From Octopus vulgaris (taxonomy: Eukaryota): a stretch of 64,000 nucleotides of DNA. The stretch is taken from the NCBI GenBank assembly GCA_951406725.2, contig OX597821.1, positions 94,488,001 to 94,552,000 on the forward strand, written 5' to 3'. The notes under the pieces were generated by a model. The model saw only the letters and a program-made list of their open reading frames with translations. It was not told the origin of the DNA and searched no databases. The position numbers and the translations under genes were made by a program. Below, piece by piece: positions 50,058 through 63,874 of this stretch (position 1 is the first letter of the stretch; each line of letters opens with the position of its first letter).

Positions 50058-50462
50058 CGTATGTGTGTGTACATATATGCATGTATGCACACAAACTCAC
50101 ATACATACACATAAATACACACATAAAACACTCTCACGCAGCAGACACACACACACACACAGGTACAGAGCCATTATTGGTTGTCAGATGTCGTCAAGTT
50201 AATGTTATAATATCTCTTTAATTAAATGGGAGCCTTCGTCGGTTGCGAGGATGAGTATTCCATCTGTTTGATCGAATGAAATATCTGCTCATTGAATTAT
50301 ATGTGTATAGTATGAATTCCTGTGATTAATATATATTCGACACGGACGTGCACTCTTAATGTAATTCTCAGAAGGAATCGACGTGACAGAGTATGATTAT
50401 TCTGTCCCTTTCAGTCATAGGTGCACTTCATCCGAGAAACTCCCAACATTCCCACATTTTCT

Positions 50463-50689
50463 TATTTCTTTATTGCCCACAAGGGGCTAAACATAGAAGG
50501 GACAAACAAGGACAGACAAATGGATTAAGTCGATTATATCGACCCTAGTGCGTAATTGGTACTTATTTAATCGACCCCGAAAGGATGAAAGGCAAAGTCG
50601 ACCTCGGTGGAATTTGAACTCAGAACGTAACAGCAGACGAAATACTGCTAGGCATTTTGCCCGGCGTGCTAACGATTCTGCCAGCTCAA
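50463..50689 (-). mobile_element. SINE family C monomer
   Basis: TSD cccacattttct (50451-50462 and 50690-50701). Confidence 0.9.
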
Positions 50690-50889
50690 CCCACATTTTC
50701 TGCCTATTGGGTTATGGGTATGTAGAAAGGGTATAGGCTAATTGAGAAAGAGTGAGTGGTAGGGTTAAGGGTTCGTAAGCAAGGGAGGAAATTGTATACA
50801 GTGGAGTTTATTGGTGTGTAGTGGTGGGCCAAAATGGAGTGGAAGAGAGAAATTATTGCTGCATAGACGGGTACAAGGTATATATAACC

Positions 50890-51690
50890 ACTACAATGGA
50901 GAAACCAGTTATCTGGTTGTAGAGCTGTTGGAGAGAATGGTTATCTGTAATTTGTGACACACAGTTACACAGGAGAAAACAGCTATCTATAACAGCTATC
51001 TAGGCGCAGGAGTGGCTGTGTGGTAAGTAGCTTGCTTACCAAGCACATGGCTCCGGGTTCAGTCCCACTGCGTGGCATCTTGGGCAAGTGCCTTCTACTA
51101 TAGCCTCGAGCCGACCAAAGCCTTGTGAGTGGATTTTGGTAGACGGAAACTGAAAGAAGCCCGTCGTATATATGTATATATATATATATATGCGTGTGGT
51201 TGTGTTTGTGTGTCTGTGTTTGTCCCCCTAGCATTGCTTGACAACCGATGCTGGTGTGTTTATGTCCCCGTTACTTAGCGGTTCGGCAAATGAGACCGAT
51301 AGAATAAGTATTGGGTTTACAAAAGAATAAGTCCCGGGGTCGAGTTGCTCGATTAAAGGTGGTGCTCCAGTATGGCCGCAGTCAAATGACTGAAACAAAT
51401 AAAAGAGTAGAAGAGTAAACTATGACACATAACGACGCTGTAGAGAACAACTATCTATCACTTGTGACACACAGCTACACTGGAGAAAACAGTTATGACT
51501 TGTGGCAGCCACTTGTGATGCATAGGTAAACTAGCGGCGCTGTTATAATTTGCGATACATAACTATACTGGATAGGGCAACTATGATTTGTGACATAGAT
51601 CTGTATGATAGACGACAGTCATAACTTGTAACACAGCTAGACTGGAAAGGACAATTGCTATTATTGTTTATGAAACACATAACTAAATTT
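50890..51690. repeat. Degenerate ~40-bp minisatellite split by a SINE A insertion
   Basis: 'ttgtgacacacag[t/c]tacac[a/t]ggagaaaacag' occurs on both sides of the SINE. Confidence 0.6.
51003..51417 (+). mobile_element. SINE family A, full length
   Basis: Homology to the other family A copies. Confidence 0.92.
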
Positions 51691-52159
51691 TGTGGCTATT
51701 TCTAGCGGTTAGAGTTACTGCATAGAGGATCTTTTAGTGTCACTGTCAGCAACATTTAATAAACATCTGCAATAAAAGGAAGGGAAGGCCCTTTATATTA
51801 GTAATAAAAACGATTTGATTGTTCCCAAAGGTTTCAAGTGTCAGAAATAAACACAGTAGGGTTATGTGGTGATAAGGTAAAAAATATTCAGTGTGATCAA
51901 ACATTATTCTCTGACCGAACAAGTAAACTTTCAGAGTTTATTAGCTCATGACAACGGAGGTGTAGTCTTCGATTTCTTTGCTTATAGAAACGTTCGTATG
52001 AAAGAAATTTGAATGTCGTTCAAAAATAGCATCAATTATAAGTATTTATTATCTTCCTAGTAATGAGCGCGTTGGTAGAATAGCTAGCGTATCGGACAAA
52101 ACGCTTAGCTGCATTTCTTCCAACACGTGACTGCAACACTCTAACCACAAGGCCGCGTG

Positions 52160-52191
<32 letters not shown>

Positions 52192-52216
52192 ATATATATA
52201 TATATATATATATATA

Positions 52217-52361
52217 TGGCTGTGTGGTAAGTAGCTTGCTTACCAACCACATGGTTCCGGGTTCAGTCCCACTGCGTGGCATCTTGGGCAAGTGTCTTCT
52301 GCTATAGCCCCGGGCCGACCAATGCCTTGTGAGTGGATTTGGTAGACGGAAACTGAAAGAA
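52217..52361 (+). mobile_element. SINE family A 5' half, fused to a CR1-like fragment
   Basis: Ends at 'ggaaactgaaagaag'. Confidence 0.85.
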
Positions 52362-52690
52362 GACTTTGAACCGAGCGGTCGTCGGCATCTTCACTATCTC
52401 GTCCGGCAGCTTATTCCACGGATCCGCAACCGAGACGGAGAAAGCCCCTCTCCTTCGATTGAGATGAAATCGTCGCAGATAGAGCTTTTCGGAGTGACCC
52501 CGCAGCCGACGCTCTGGAGCAGGAGTGAAGAACAGCTCTTTCGAGAGGTTACACTTTTCGCTTATGATGTTGAGAGCAAGAATGAGATCACCACGGCGTC
52601 GTCGTTTTTCTAGAGAATAAAGGTCGAGTGTCTTCAGCCTTTCTTCTTAAGACAAATGCTTCAGACCAAGAACCATGCGGGTTTTAGCCA
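52362..52690 (-). mobile_element. CR1-like LINE 3' fragment
   Basis: Reverse complement of 58513-58827; encodes MVLGLKHLS.EERLKTLDLYSLEKRRRRGDLI. Confidence 0.85.
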
Positions 52691-53569
52691 TCTCGACGGT
52701 GGCCAGACTGAAGCAAAGTTTTCATATGTAGTGAGCGTGTATGTGTATGTATGTGCGTAATTATATAGAAGGAAAAAGAGACAGTGTAAAAAGAAAATGA
52801 GAGAGAAACAGCAGAGAAACAGATATGGAAATCGAGACTTTGGAGAGAAAAAGGAGAGGTTGTGAGTGGGTGAGTGATGTAAACGGGGGCGGTGCATGTG
52901 TGTGTGTGTGTGTGTGCGTGTGTGTGTCCGTGGTGTGGGGGCGTTTATGTATGTGTTTGTAAATGCTGAATCCGTCAAAGCAGGAATTAGAAATGGAAAG
53001 AAAGAAAGAAAGACTGAATGAGTGAATGAATGAATGAATGAATGAGAGAAAAGGAAAGATAGAAGGAAAGAAAGAAAGGAAAGCAAAGGAAAGAAAGAGG
53101 AGAAAGAGGAGTAAAAAGAAAAAAAGAAAAGCAAGGAAAGAAGGCAAGGAAGAGGAAAGCAAACGAGAGAGTGGTAACCTGTGTATTATGAGAGAATAAA
53201 ACAATGAAGAGTTGTTTGTCTCACGCCTCATTAAGAACAGGAGGACAACTTTATGACCGAACACGTGTGTTTGTTGTGTATGGAAATGTTAAAGCTGTCA
53301 CACAAGTTTCCTCCCTCCCACCTTTCAACAGAAAGTTGGTCTATTCCATTATAACAGCAGCACCTCCTCACTCCTGGCAGAAGTGAACTCTTCTGATTGA
53401 CAGTTTTACCAACTGTATCACGTTTCCACTTCAGTTTTTTTTCCTTTCTCTTGGACGATTTTAGTTGTCATTTAATATTGGTTCAAATTTCGGTACAAGC
53501 CCAGCAAGTTCGGGTAAGGGTGTAAGTCGATTATATCGGCCCAATGTTCAACTGGTACTTACTTTAGAT

Positions 53570-54019
53570 CGAAGGCGGCGAGCTGGCAGAAACGTTAGCA
53601 CGCCGGATGAAATGCTTAGCGGTATTTCGTCTGCGTTACGTTGTGAGTTGAAATTCCGCCGAGGTCGACTTTGCCTTTCATCCTTTCGGGTTCGATAAAT
53701 TAAGTACCAGTTGCGTACTGGGGTCGATGTAATCGACTTAATACCTATGTCTGTCCTTGTTTGTCCCCTCTGTGTTTAGCCCCTTGTGGGTAATAAAGAA
53801 ATAGGTATTTCGTCTGTCGTTACGTTGTGAGTTCAAATTCCGCCGAGGTTGACTTTGCCTTTCATCTCTTCGGGGTCGATAAATTAAGTACCAGTTCCGC
53901 ACTGGGGTCGATAAATTAATTACCAGTACCGCACTGGGGTTGATGTAATCGACTTAATACCTATGTCTGTCCTTGTTTGTCCCCTCTATGTTTAGCCCCT
54001 TGTGGGTAATAAAGAAATA
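53570..54019 (+). mobile_element. SINE family C dimer nested in an older opposite-strand C copy (53478-54142)
   Basis: TSD ggtacttactttagat (53554-53569 and 54020-54035); internal junction gaaata|ggtatttcgtc at 53803/4. Confidence 0.9.
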
Positions 54020-54178
54020 GGTACTTACTTTAGATGAAAGGCAAAGTCGACTTCGGCGGAATTTGAACTTAGAACGTAAAGACGGACGAAATGCTGCTAA
54101 GCATTTTGGCCGACACGGTAGCTATTTTGCCAGCTCACCTCCTTATCTTCAATCAATTATGAGAAGTGTTGCTTAATC

Positions 54179-54400
54179 GGCGAGCTGGTAGACTCGCTAG
54201 CACGCCTGATATAATGCTTAGCGGCATTTCGTTTTGAGTTCAAATGCCACCGAGGTCGACATTGCCTTTCATTCTTTTCTTTTTTTGGAATCGATAAAAT
54301 AAGTACCATTCGAGCACTGTTGTCGATGCAATCGACTAGCCAAACCACACCCAACCTCACTCCGAAAATCTCGAGTGTTGTACCTATTAGAAGCGCTATT
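54179..54400 (+). mobile_element. SINE family C, old copy
   Basis: 'ggcgagctggtagactcgctagcacgcc...gaggtcgacattgcctttcat'. Confidence 0.75.
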
Positions 54401-54470
54401 GTTTTCTTAACAGTAAAATTGGTTTGGTAGATTCAGAATTATTATTTGTTACTTACTCTTTTATTTAACC

Positions 54471-54776
54471 TGTTTATTGAGCGAAAACACCTAAAGCTCC
54501 CCGAGGCTCAGGCAGGGGATTGTGGTGATCCCTGCTGTACTCTTTCACCACAACTTTCTCTCACTCTTACTTCCTGTTTCTGTTGTACCTGTATTTCAAA
54601 GGGCCGGCCTTGTCACTCTCTGTGTCACGCTGAATATCCCCGAGAACTACGTTAAGGGTACACGTGTCTGTGGAGTGCTCAGCCACTTACACGTTAATTT
54701 CACGAGCAGGCTGTTCCGTTGATTCGGATCAACCGGAACCCTCATCGTCGTAACTGACGGAGTGCTTCTCCCCCCC
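54471..54776 (+). mobile_element. SINE family B tail type 2, 5'-truncated
   Basis: Near-identical to 39225-39522; TSD tttatttaacc (54460-54470 and 54777-54787). Confidence 0.9.
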
Positions 54777-55624
54777 TTTATTTAACCAATCATATTTTAA
54801 TGAAATTATCAGTTCGACTCCCTATTCCACTAGTGGACACCTGAATAATTAACAACACGTAAAGTTACTTCGTATTTATCTCGTTATCTATGTTGTTAAA
54901 ACACGATATAACACATGAAATATCACCAGGTCTAAAAATGCCTGAGACACACCATTTGTTACGACAGCGTCCATCAGGAGTTGGAAGCCCAAAGTAAGAT
55001 AAACATCTTTTCACGTCTATGTTACGTTATGAGTTTAATTAACGCTTAGGGGAACTTCACTGATTATCTTTCCAGAATCGATAAAATAAAGTGCGAATCA
55101 AACAGTGGAGTTCGGTTTTATCAATTACACCCTCCCCTTCCAATATTTGTAGTCTCGTGCTAGTTTTCGAAATCATCATTATGATTGCTGTTATAGAGTA
55201 ACCGAATAAAGGAATGTTCATTACCAGAATCATAGTATATTTAATTACGGTCCTTTTAATCTCTGAGTTCAAATCGCACCGAGGTTAATTTTTGCCGATT
55301 ATTTCCTCAAGGTCAATAAAATAAGTTCCAGTCAATAACGAACCAGTCAATAATGAGTCTCATGTAATCAACTACTTCATCCCCATAAAGTCCTTAGCCT
55401 TGTGCCAGTATAAGAAATCATAATTAACGGGATGGTCGAATCAGTAGATCGCCAATAAAATACCTTGTCGTATCGCAGGATCAATAAAATGTAGTACCAG
55501 TCATGTACTGGGGTGAGGGCACTAAAATTCCCTAAGCTCGCGGTCAAATTTCAGGCCTTGTGTTTTGTTAGGAACAAATATTTACACAGAAATATCCATA
55601 GTTTATAATTTTTTTTAAATATCA

Positions 55625-55880
55625 CAGCATCATCCAGTCAGGCTGATTGCCCGGGCCAGCCTGGCTACCTCTTTTCATCCCTCCTAATCTTCCATTAGTG
55701 TTTTTAGGTCTTCAACTTGGCATCCAATGTCTTCTGCAAGCTGTTGTGTATACGTCTTCCGTGGTCTTTCAGCCGCTATGGTACCATGATTTTGTGTTCA
55801 CAGTAACACATTACTTACAATTTCTTCTTTACTTCTCCAGCAGCGGCCAGCAAACTTCAATCTCTGCTCTTGTAGCATGA
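55625..55880 (-). pseudogene. RTE/RTEX-like LINE RT C-terminal relic
   Basis: Minus translation QRLKFAGRCWRSKEEIVSNVLL*...ERPRKTYTQQLAEDIGC..EDLKTLMED, matching the RTE 'RL.FAGH..R...GRP..T' motif. Confidence 0.8.
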
Positions 55881-55919
55881 CATGACATATAAACTGTTAT
55901 ACAGTCAGGGATGCAACGA

Positions 55920-56568
55920 ATATTGGTTTCAAGTTTTGGTATAAGGCCAGAAATGTTGGGACGGAGACAAGTTGATTACTCAACTGGTACTTATTTTATC
56001 AACCCCCAAAAGGATGAAAGGCAAAGTCGACCTCTGCGGAATTTGAACTCAGAGCATAAAGACAGACAAAATGTTGCAAAGCATTTTGCCCGGAATACTA
56101 ACGAACCAGTCACCACCTTGATGCACCACAGTCTTGGATGCAACAAATATTGGTTTCATGGAGGGGTGGTATTGGTTAATTCAATTACTTCAACACCAGT
56201 GATCAACTGGCACTTATTTTATCGACCCCAAAAGGATGAAAGGCAAAGTCGATTTCGGCGGAATTTGAACTCAGAACGTAAAGACGGACGATATGCCGCT
56301 AAGCATAAGCAAAATGCCTGGCGTACTAACGATTCTTATTTCTTTATTGCCCATAAGGGGCTAAACACAGAGGGGACAAACAAGGACAGACAAAGGAATT
56401 AAGTCGATTACATCGACCCCAGTGCGTAACTGGTGCTTAATTTATCGACCCTGAGAGGATGAAAGGCAAAGTCGACCTCGGCGGAATTTGAACTCAGAAC
56501 GTAGCGGCAGACGAAATACCGCTAAGCATCTCGCCCGGCGTACTAACGATTCTGTCAGCTCGCCACCT
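55920..56568 (-). mobile_element. Cluster of three SINE C units
   Basis: Three 'aggatgaaaggcaaagtcga...ggaatttgaactcag' cores; junction aacgattct|tatttc at 56336/7. Confidence 0.85.
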
Positions 56569-57684
56569 TGGATGCATCAAATAAGTAAATTGGTATTTAG
56601 AAAGGTGATGTGGAGATGTTGAGATAGCCATGCCCTTCTCAAGAGCGAGATAATAGATGTTCAAGGTTACTGTATTATATGTTAAAAGTGTTAAGGTGAA
56701 ATGGTAAAAATGATGAAATTCGCCATCGTTTTGAGGCGCTGCATATTGCAAACATCATTGTCATGTTGACCTTTCCTAAGGCGTAGCTCTTCGAATTAGA
56801 TTGCTTAGAAGCAGGCTTGGAGCTAAAAGATAAATGCACATTAAAGAGAACCTGACAGAAACTGTGAGAGAAATGGGGAAAATGATAAAATATATAAACG
56901 TAGCTTGATAGGAGATAAAACGAATTACATGAGCGGGTGAGAATGTTAGCTAGCGTAATGTTGCCGCTTGAGTTTATATTAGTAGCTTCGTAGGCTTCGT
57001 TCGTATCATGTTTAAACACGAATATGACGTTAAAAGGCCCATGGATCTACTACTCTCCCATTCCCCACTACCGCAACCAGGCTTCAACCAACGGGTTGTG
57101 TATGGGTTTGTTTGATTGACGCCTTCCTTAACTCTGTTGATCGCTTTTATACACAATGTCTCCCTTACTCTCGCTTTTTGAATTGAGTATGTGCATGTAT
57201 ACGCGGGTATGCGTGTATAAATAGATTTGCATGTGCAACAACTGTCTGTATCATATATATGTGTATGTGTGTTTGTGTGTGTATGTGTCTGTACGTACAC
57301 ACATTTATATATATATATATATATATATATTTAACTGAGAGAGAGAGAGAGTAAAGAGAGGTGGAGAGGAAGCGAGAGATTTATTGGATATATGATAACA
57401 GTCCAAGCAGAAAGATAAAGTGTTCATTGTATTCAAGTATTAGAAGACAAATATTTGTATTACGATACCGCCGTATAGAGTAAAACAAAAATAGCGTCAG
57501 TGGTTAAAACTAAGATATATGGGAATATTAACATTTCGGACTAACTGGACATTAACTTTTATCCCACATGGTGCCGTTCGTATAAGTACTCATTGTATGC
57601 TTGCATCGACTAAATCACCTTTAATCAGCGCGTAGAATGTAGAAACGGCAAATAAATAAAATACTTAAATAAATAAACAATATT

Positions 57685-57898
57685 AATGGTTTCAAATTTT
57701 GGCACAAGACCAGCAGTTTTTGGAGGTAGTGGCTTAGTCATTTGTATCGACCTCCAGTGCTCAACTAGTTCTTGTTTTACCGATCTTGAAAGGATAATGA
57801 GAGGCAAGGTCGACCTTGGCGGCAATTTGAACACAGAGCGTAACGAACCGGAAGAAGTGACGCTAAGCGTTTTTCACTCGGCACGCTGACGATTGCCT
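57685..57898 (-). mobile_element. SINE family C, old copy with alternative tail
   Basis: 'ggtttcaaattttggcacaagaccagc...gaggcaaggtcgaccttggcggcaatttgaac'. Confidence 0.7.
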
Positions 57899-58196
<298 letters not shown>

Positions 58197-58512
58197 TTAT
58201 TTATTAATCACTAAGGATTTACAGACAGAATGAAGACAGTGCAAGACGACAGAATACAATATGATATGACTTGGAGTCACAAACAGGGAAAATAACAACA
58301 AAAATGTTCAAACTAGGAGAATTTCTCAAAAGATAGGAGACTGCTTGTGGAAACGCCACAAAACCACGGTCACCCTTCTACCTCAATCTACAGGTGCGTT
58401 CCCAGAGGAGGTCCGTCTGTTTGGACTATTTTTACCACTCTCATCCACCTTTCTACAAATTTGCTGAAAAGCAGCACATCTCTCTCCAGCCTCACTATTT
58501 TTTAAAGCAGCT

Positions 58513-58953
58513 GGCTACCCACATGGTTCTTGGTCTCAAGCATTTGTCTTATGAAGAAAGGCTGAAGATGCTCGACCTTTATTCTCTAGAAAAACGACGA
58601 CGCCGTGGTGATCTCACAACATCATAAGTGGAAAGTGTAACCTCTCGAAAGAGCTGTTCTTCACTCCTGCTCCAGAGCGTCGGCTGCGGGGTCACTCCGA
58701 AAAGCTCTATCTGCGACGATTTCATCTCAATTGAAGAGAGGGGCTTTCTCCGTTCGGGTCGCGGATCCGTGGAATAAGCTGCCGGACGAGATAGTGAAGA
58801 TGCCGACGACCGCTCGGTTCAAAGTCTCTCTTGACCTCAAGTGGCCTGAACTCTTTACATGAACACCACCCTTTACATAACTCCATGTCCCCCTACATGG
58901 CCTTGCTTTTTGCTTTTTGAGCCAAAAATTAACTAACTTAACTAACTAACTAA
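58513..58953 (+). mobile_element. CR1-like LINE 3' end with (TAAC)n tail
   Basis: ATHMVLGLKHLSYEERLKMLDLYSLEKRRRRGDL, the typical CR1 RT C-terminus, followed by LRGHSEKL and a short tandem tail. Confidence 0.88.
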
Positions 58954-58959
58954 ATAAAA

Positions 58960-59620
58960 GTTTAAAAAGCACAACAAAAACGATGAGGCTTAGACCACCA
59001 AGCAGATAAAGGTTACCTGTTCTTTCCGTCTGTGGGAAGATGGCAGAACGAACTTCACAAGAGACTCAGCTAATAGCTAGATTCGCCGTACGTGCGAGAG
59101 TAGGTATAACTCCACAAGTCAGCAATGTTTAGGCGCGTGCAGAACAGTTTCTCTGCGCATCTCGGGAAGACCCGACTGACTGAATTTCAATACCAGCAGA
59201 GTTTATCTCAAACTGGCGATAATCCTTGGTAGCACTGAGAGGCTCGAGATTTCTGGAAATTATAAATGGGCTTCAACCCGGAAGTTTTCCCAGAAAGACT
59301 GGCTTCTTTGATGATTCTCGTCGACGCCCAAAGTCATCCCGAAGGCGTCGCTGTTCTTTCCTGGAACCTACTGTGACGACACAGTAGCTTCCAGGTAAAC
59401 CTGCTTCGGTCTACGCTTGACTCTGGACTGCTTTTCTGTCAAAAAGACAAGCTCTGAAAAAGCGAATCTGACAAACGGCGACGATACCAAGCTCACTATC
59501 TACGAAACACTGGGGAAGTTGCAGCTTCAGCGTATCTTTAAGCATCTTCAACCACGGCACACCTAGTCCTCCACTCAAAGTGGTGACAACAAATGGAACG
59601 CCTGACCACTGGAACGCGTC
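58960..59620 (-). pseudogene. Possible Tx1/L1-type LINE ORF2 C-terminal relic
   Basis: Minus-strand 'PRCA..ETVLHA...IADLW.Y' resembles zf-RVT; heavily frameshifted. Confidence 0.45.
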
Positions 59621-59659
59621 TCTTGCACAAAAAGCGGAAGAGCAGGCGCTCGTGTCAAC

Positions 59660-60072
59660 ATATACGATGGACTTCCAAACAGTTCCCGTCTACCAAATTC
59701 ATTCACAAGTCATTAGTCGGCCCAAGGGATATAGGAAAGCACACTTACACAAGGTACCTATTTCTTTACTACCCACAAGGGGCCAAACACAGAAGGGACA
59801 AACAAGGACAGACAAACGGATTAAGTCGATCATATCGACCCCAGTGCGTAACTGGTACTTATTTAATCGACCCCGAAAGGATGAAAGGCAAAGTCAACCT
59901 CGGCGGACTTCGAACTCAGAACGTAGCGACAGACGAAATACTGCTGAGCATTTCGCCCGACGTGCTAACGATTCTGCCAGCTCGCCACTTACACAAGGTA
60001 CCGCTTAGTGGGACTGAACCCGAAACTCCGTGGTTGCACATCGAGCGCCTTAACCACACAGCCATGCCTGCA
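59660..60072 (-). mobile_element. Old SINE A head interrupted by a SINE C monomer (59759-59985)
   Basis: 17-bp TSD cacttacacaaggtacc (59742-59758 and 59986-60002). Confidence 0.9.
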
Positions 60073-60568
60073 CCAAAAACAATAGAAATGCGAGTCTTCC
60101 CTAGCTGTTCGGGCAGTTACCTACATGTTGCTCATTGGTCTGTTCGATCAGAGCTGAGCTGAGGCTACGTCAACAAAAGCATGCATAAATGCATCTACAC
60201 AATAACAAGTTTTATTGCGTATTGGCTGTTGTTCTCTTCAATACAAATATGGCAAGCCATTGCAACTGGTGTTATTGTTCCTGTATGAAACGACAGGATT
60301 TGATAAATAGACAGAAAATAGAATATACGCAGTTTTATAGCAATGTGGGAAACTCTGCTATATGCGTTAACCCTATAAAAACTATTGTTAATAAAGCTCG
60401 ACATTGTAAATACGAGGCACTTATGGAGAGGAATGAAAATAAAAACCCAGAAAATTTATAAGTTTGAACGAGCTCTCAGGATTCTATATGTTTCAGTAAT
60501 ATTATTGCAAGCAAACTATTATATTCGGCGGTTGCTGCAGAAATATTGACATATGAATTATATATATA

Positions 60569-60766
<198 letters not shown>

Positions 60767-62062
60767 CGTATATATGTATTCATATAAATGTATACATTGA
60801 AGTATTATTCCTGTTCCAGCAACATTATTATATGCAAACAATTGTAATATTTTGGTGGTTGCAGTAAAATTATTGTCATTCGAACTGTGTATGTGTGAAT
60901 GTGTGCCTTTGTTAGAGCAAATGTTGACTGCTGACTCAGAGTTTTCTCCGGGCTGGGCTGTTCACAGCTGTTACGTAAAAAACCATGCCTATCAACTCTA
61001 CTCAGCGTATTAAGTTCTTTATTAGCTAATGTTTGCACAACGTAAAATATATTAGAAGTATATTTTACAGCTCTTACATTACGATATATGCATGCGTGTG
61101 TTCTTTTATTCTCTTGTTTTTTCGTTTAGTAAGAGGATTGCTGCTATACCGGTGTAATGATTTCAAGCTTCTCTCAACCCAACCTCATTTCAAGTTACCT
61201 CTCGGTAATTTGAAGTCGATTTCAAATTACCCTCGGGGATATCCTTAACTTGATTTCACATTACGCCTGCATTGCCCACATCATTCCCTGTCTGATTTGG
61301 CTGAAATAAAACATTTTAACGGTTACAACTCCATGATACGTTTTGAGCATAAAACACGTGTAACATTCAAGATTGAAAGCTGATCATAAAATGTGAAAGC
61401 GAAATAAAAATTGGACATTTAAACATCCCTAACATTGTCATGTTGCCTTTAAATAACACTTGGGACATTACGGATTCGGAATGTGTAACTTTTTTAACGT
61501 AAAACGTCGGTATTTTCTTTTTATTTTAAGAAACTAAATGAAATTAGAGTATTTACGACCGCAGAACATTTTTTTCTTTTGCCATAAAACGTTTCGTTTA
61601 TATTTGAAGTGTGTAAGTATATATTTTCCGTTGCATTTGGAAACATTAGTTTATTTTACTTTCTGACGATTTAAAACTGTTATTTCTGTACGAATTTATT
61701 AACGATGAAATCTATTTTCAAATATATTTATACATGGCAAATATGATCGAGATATTTATTATATAAAACAAAATATATTAATAAACATACGCTTTAAATG
61801 CAAACGAAATATATTTATATACAAAGCAAAGTGTACTATTTGCTAACAGGGCAACGAACATTTGCGGAAGAATAATTCCGCCAATCCAATTAAAAAAAAA
61901 TTTTTTTTTAATTTTATATTGTTTTAGTTCGTTCGTCCACCAGGAAAGGATAAAAGCAAAGTTCTCCGTCAGATTCGAATTCAGAGCACAAAGAATTGCA
62001 ATGAATATCACAAAAAATTCTATCACATGGTTTAATGACTGCAAATTAAACCTCTCTCCCTA

Positions 62063-62106
<44 letters not shown>

Positions 62107-62258
62107 AACACACACATACCCCACGCACTCAGGCTGATATGTAATAATTCTATTGTGAGTGAATTCGAAGTTTTGTCGGTTTCAGTGTCAGACGATGATA
62201 GGTGGTGGTCAGTATACATACATACATACATATGTGTGTGTGTTTACATGTATTTATA

Positions 62259-62299
<41 letters not shown>

Positions 62300-62934
62300 A
62301 TGCATGTATTTATATAGGTGTGTGTCTGTATGCATATATAAGAATATACTTTATATATGCATATATAAGAACATACTTTTTACTGTTCAGCTACATAAAG
62401 TCCGTTAATTTTTTTCAAAAAAAGCCCGCAAGATAGTTTTTTAAAAAAGGCCGTTAATTTTTTTTCTTTTTAAAGACCGCTAAATTTTTTACCTGAGGCA
62501 CTTTTAGTCACTCGATATTTATATCCTCTCTACACCTCTCAACAGTCTTTCCCCCGTTATTGTTATATAATTCTTAGAAATTACTAATCATATTTAAGGC
62601 TTGTTACTCACAATAGAAGCTTACAAAATAATACATCCTCGTTTTGCAGTCTAAAGCAGAGAATGCACCTGTGCAATTGTGCCCCGTTCTGTGTCTAAAC
62701 CCTTGTATTGTGTATGTTTTTTCTTCAAGGTTGTCCATGAGAAAAAAACTTTTCTTGTTTTTTATTTTATTTTCTCTCCTGAGATAAAATAGTTTTTTCT
62801 GCTTATTAAATATTAATATAATTCAATATTTCTTTGTCATCTAATGAATATTTAACAGGTTGTTCCTTTTCTTCTTTGATTCGCTATTTTTTTTTTTTTC
62901 GTACCCAGAAACTCAATCTGTAGAACAATAAGTA

Positions 62935-63236
62935 GCACTCTGTCAGTTACGACGATGATCCGATTAACGGAACAGCATGCTCGTGAAATTAACGTGCAAG
63001 TGGCTGAGCACTACACAGACACGCGTACCTTGACTTAGTTCTCAAGGAGATTCAGCGTAATTCAGAATGTGACAAAACTGGTCCTTTGAAATACAGGTGC
63101 TACTCATGTTTTCTAACTGAGTATCCGGAGCAACGAGAAATAACGTGTTTTGTCCAAGGTACACTGCGCTGCCGAGAATCGAAATCACGACCTCACAATC
63201 GTTAGCTAAATACTTTAACTATTAAGCCACGCGCTT
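62935..63236 (-). mobile_element. SINE family D (tRNA head + CORE-like + type-2 tail)
   Basis: Type-2 tail as in 39340-39520 but with a head and centre like 2095-2250. Confidence 0.75.
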
Positions 63237-63278
63237 TAGCAATTTTTATTATTATTGAAAGGAAGATAATAGATAATC

Positions 63279-63753
63279 TTTTCTACTCTAGGCACAAAGG
63301 CCAAAATTTGGAGGAGAGGGGGGGCAGTCGATTAGATCGACTCCAGTATGCAAATGGTACTTAATTTATCGACCTCGAAAGGATGAAAGGCAAAGTCGAC
63401 CTCAACGGAATTTGAACTCAGAAAGTAAAGACAGACGAAATACCATTAAGTAGCACGCCGGGCGAAATGCGTAGCCGTATTTCGTCTGCCGTTATGTTCT
63501 GAGTTCAAATTCCGCCGAGGTTGACTTTGTCTTTCATCCTTTCGGCGTCGATAAATTAAGTACCAGTTACGCACTGGGATCGATATAATCGACTTAATCC
63601 GTCTGTCTGTCCTTGTTTGTTTCCTCTGTGTTTAGGCCCTTGTGGGTAGTAAAGAAATAGGTATTTCGTCTGTCTTTACGTTCTGAGTTCAAATTCCGCC
63701 GAGGTCGACTTTGCCTTTCATCCTTTCGGGGTCGATTAAATAAGTACCAGTTA
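63279..63753. mobile_element. Back-to-back SINE C cluster (minus copy to ~63447; plus-strand dimer 63451-63753)
   Basis: Junction gaaata|ggtatttcgtc at 63659/60. Confidence 0.85.
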
Positions 63754-63754
63754 C

Positions 63755-63874
<120 letters not shown>

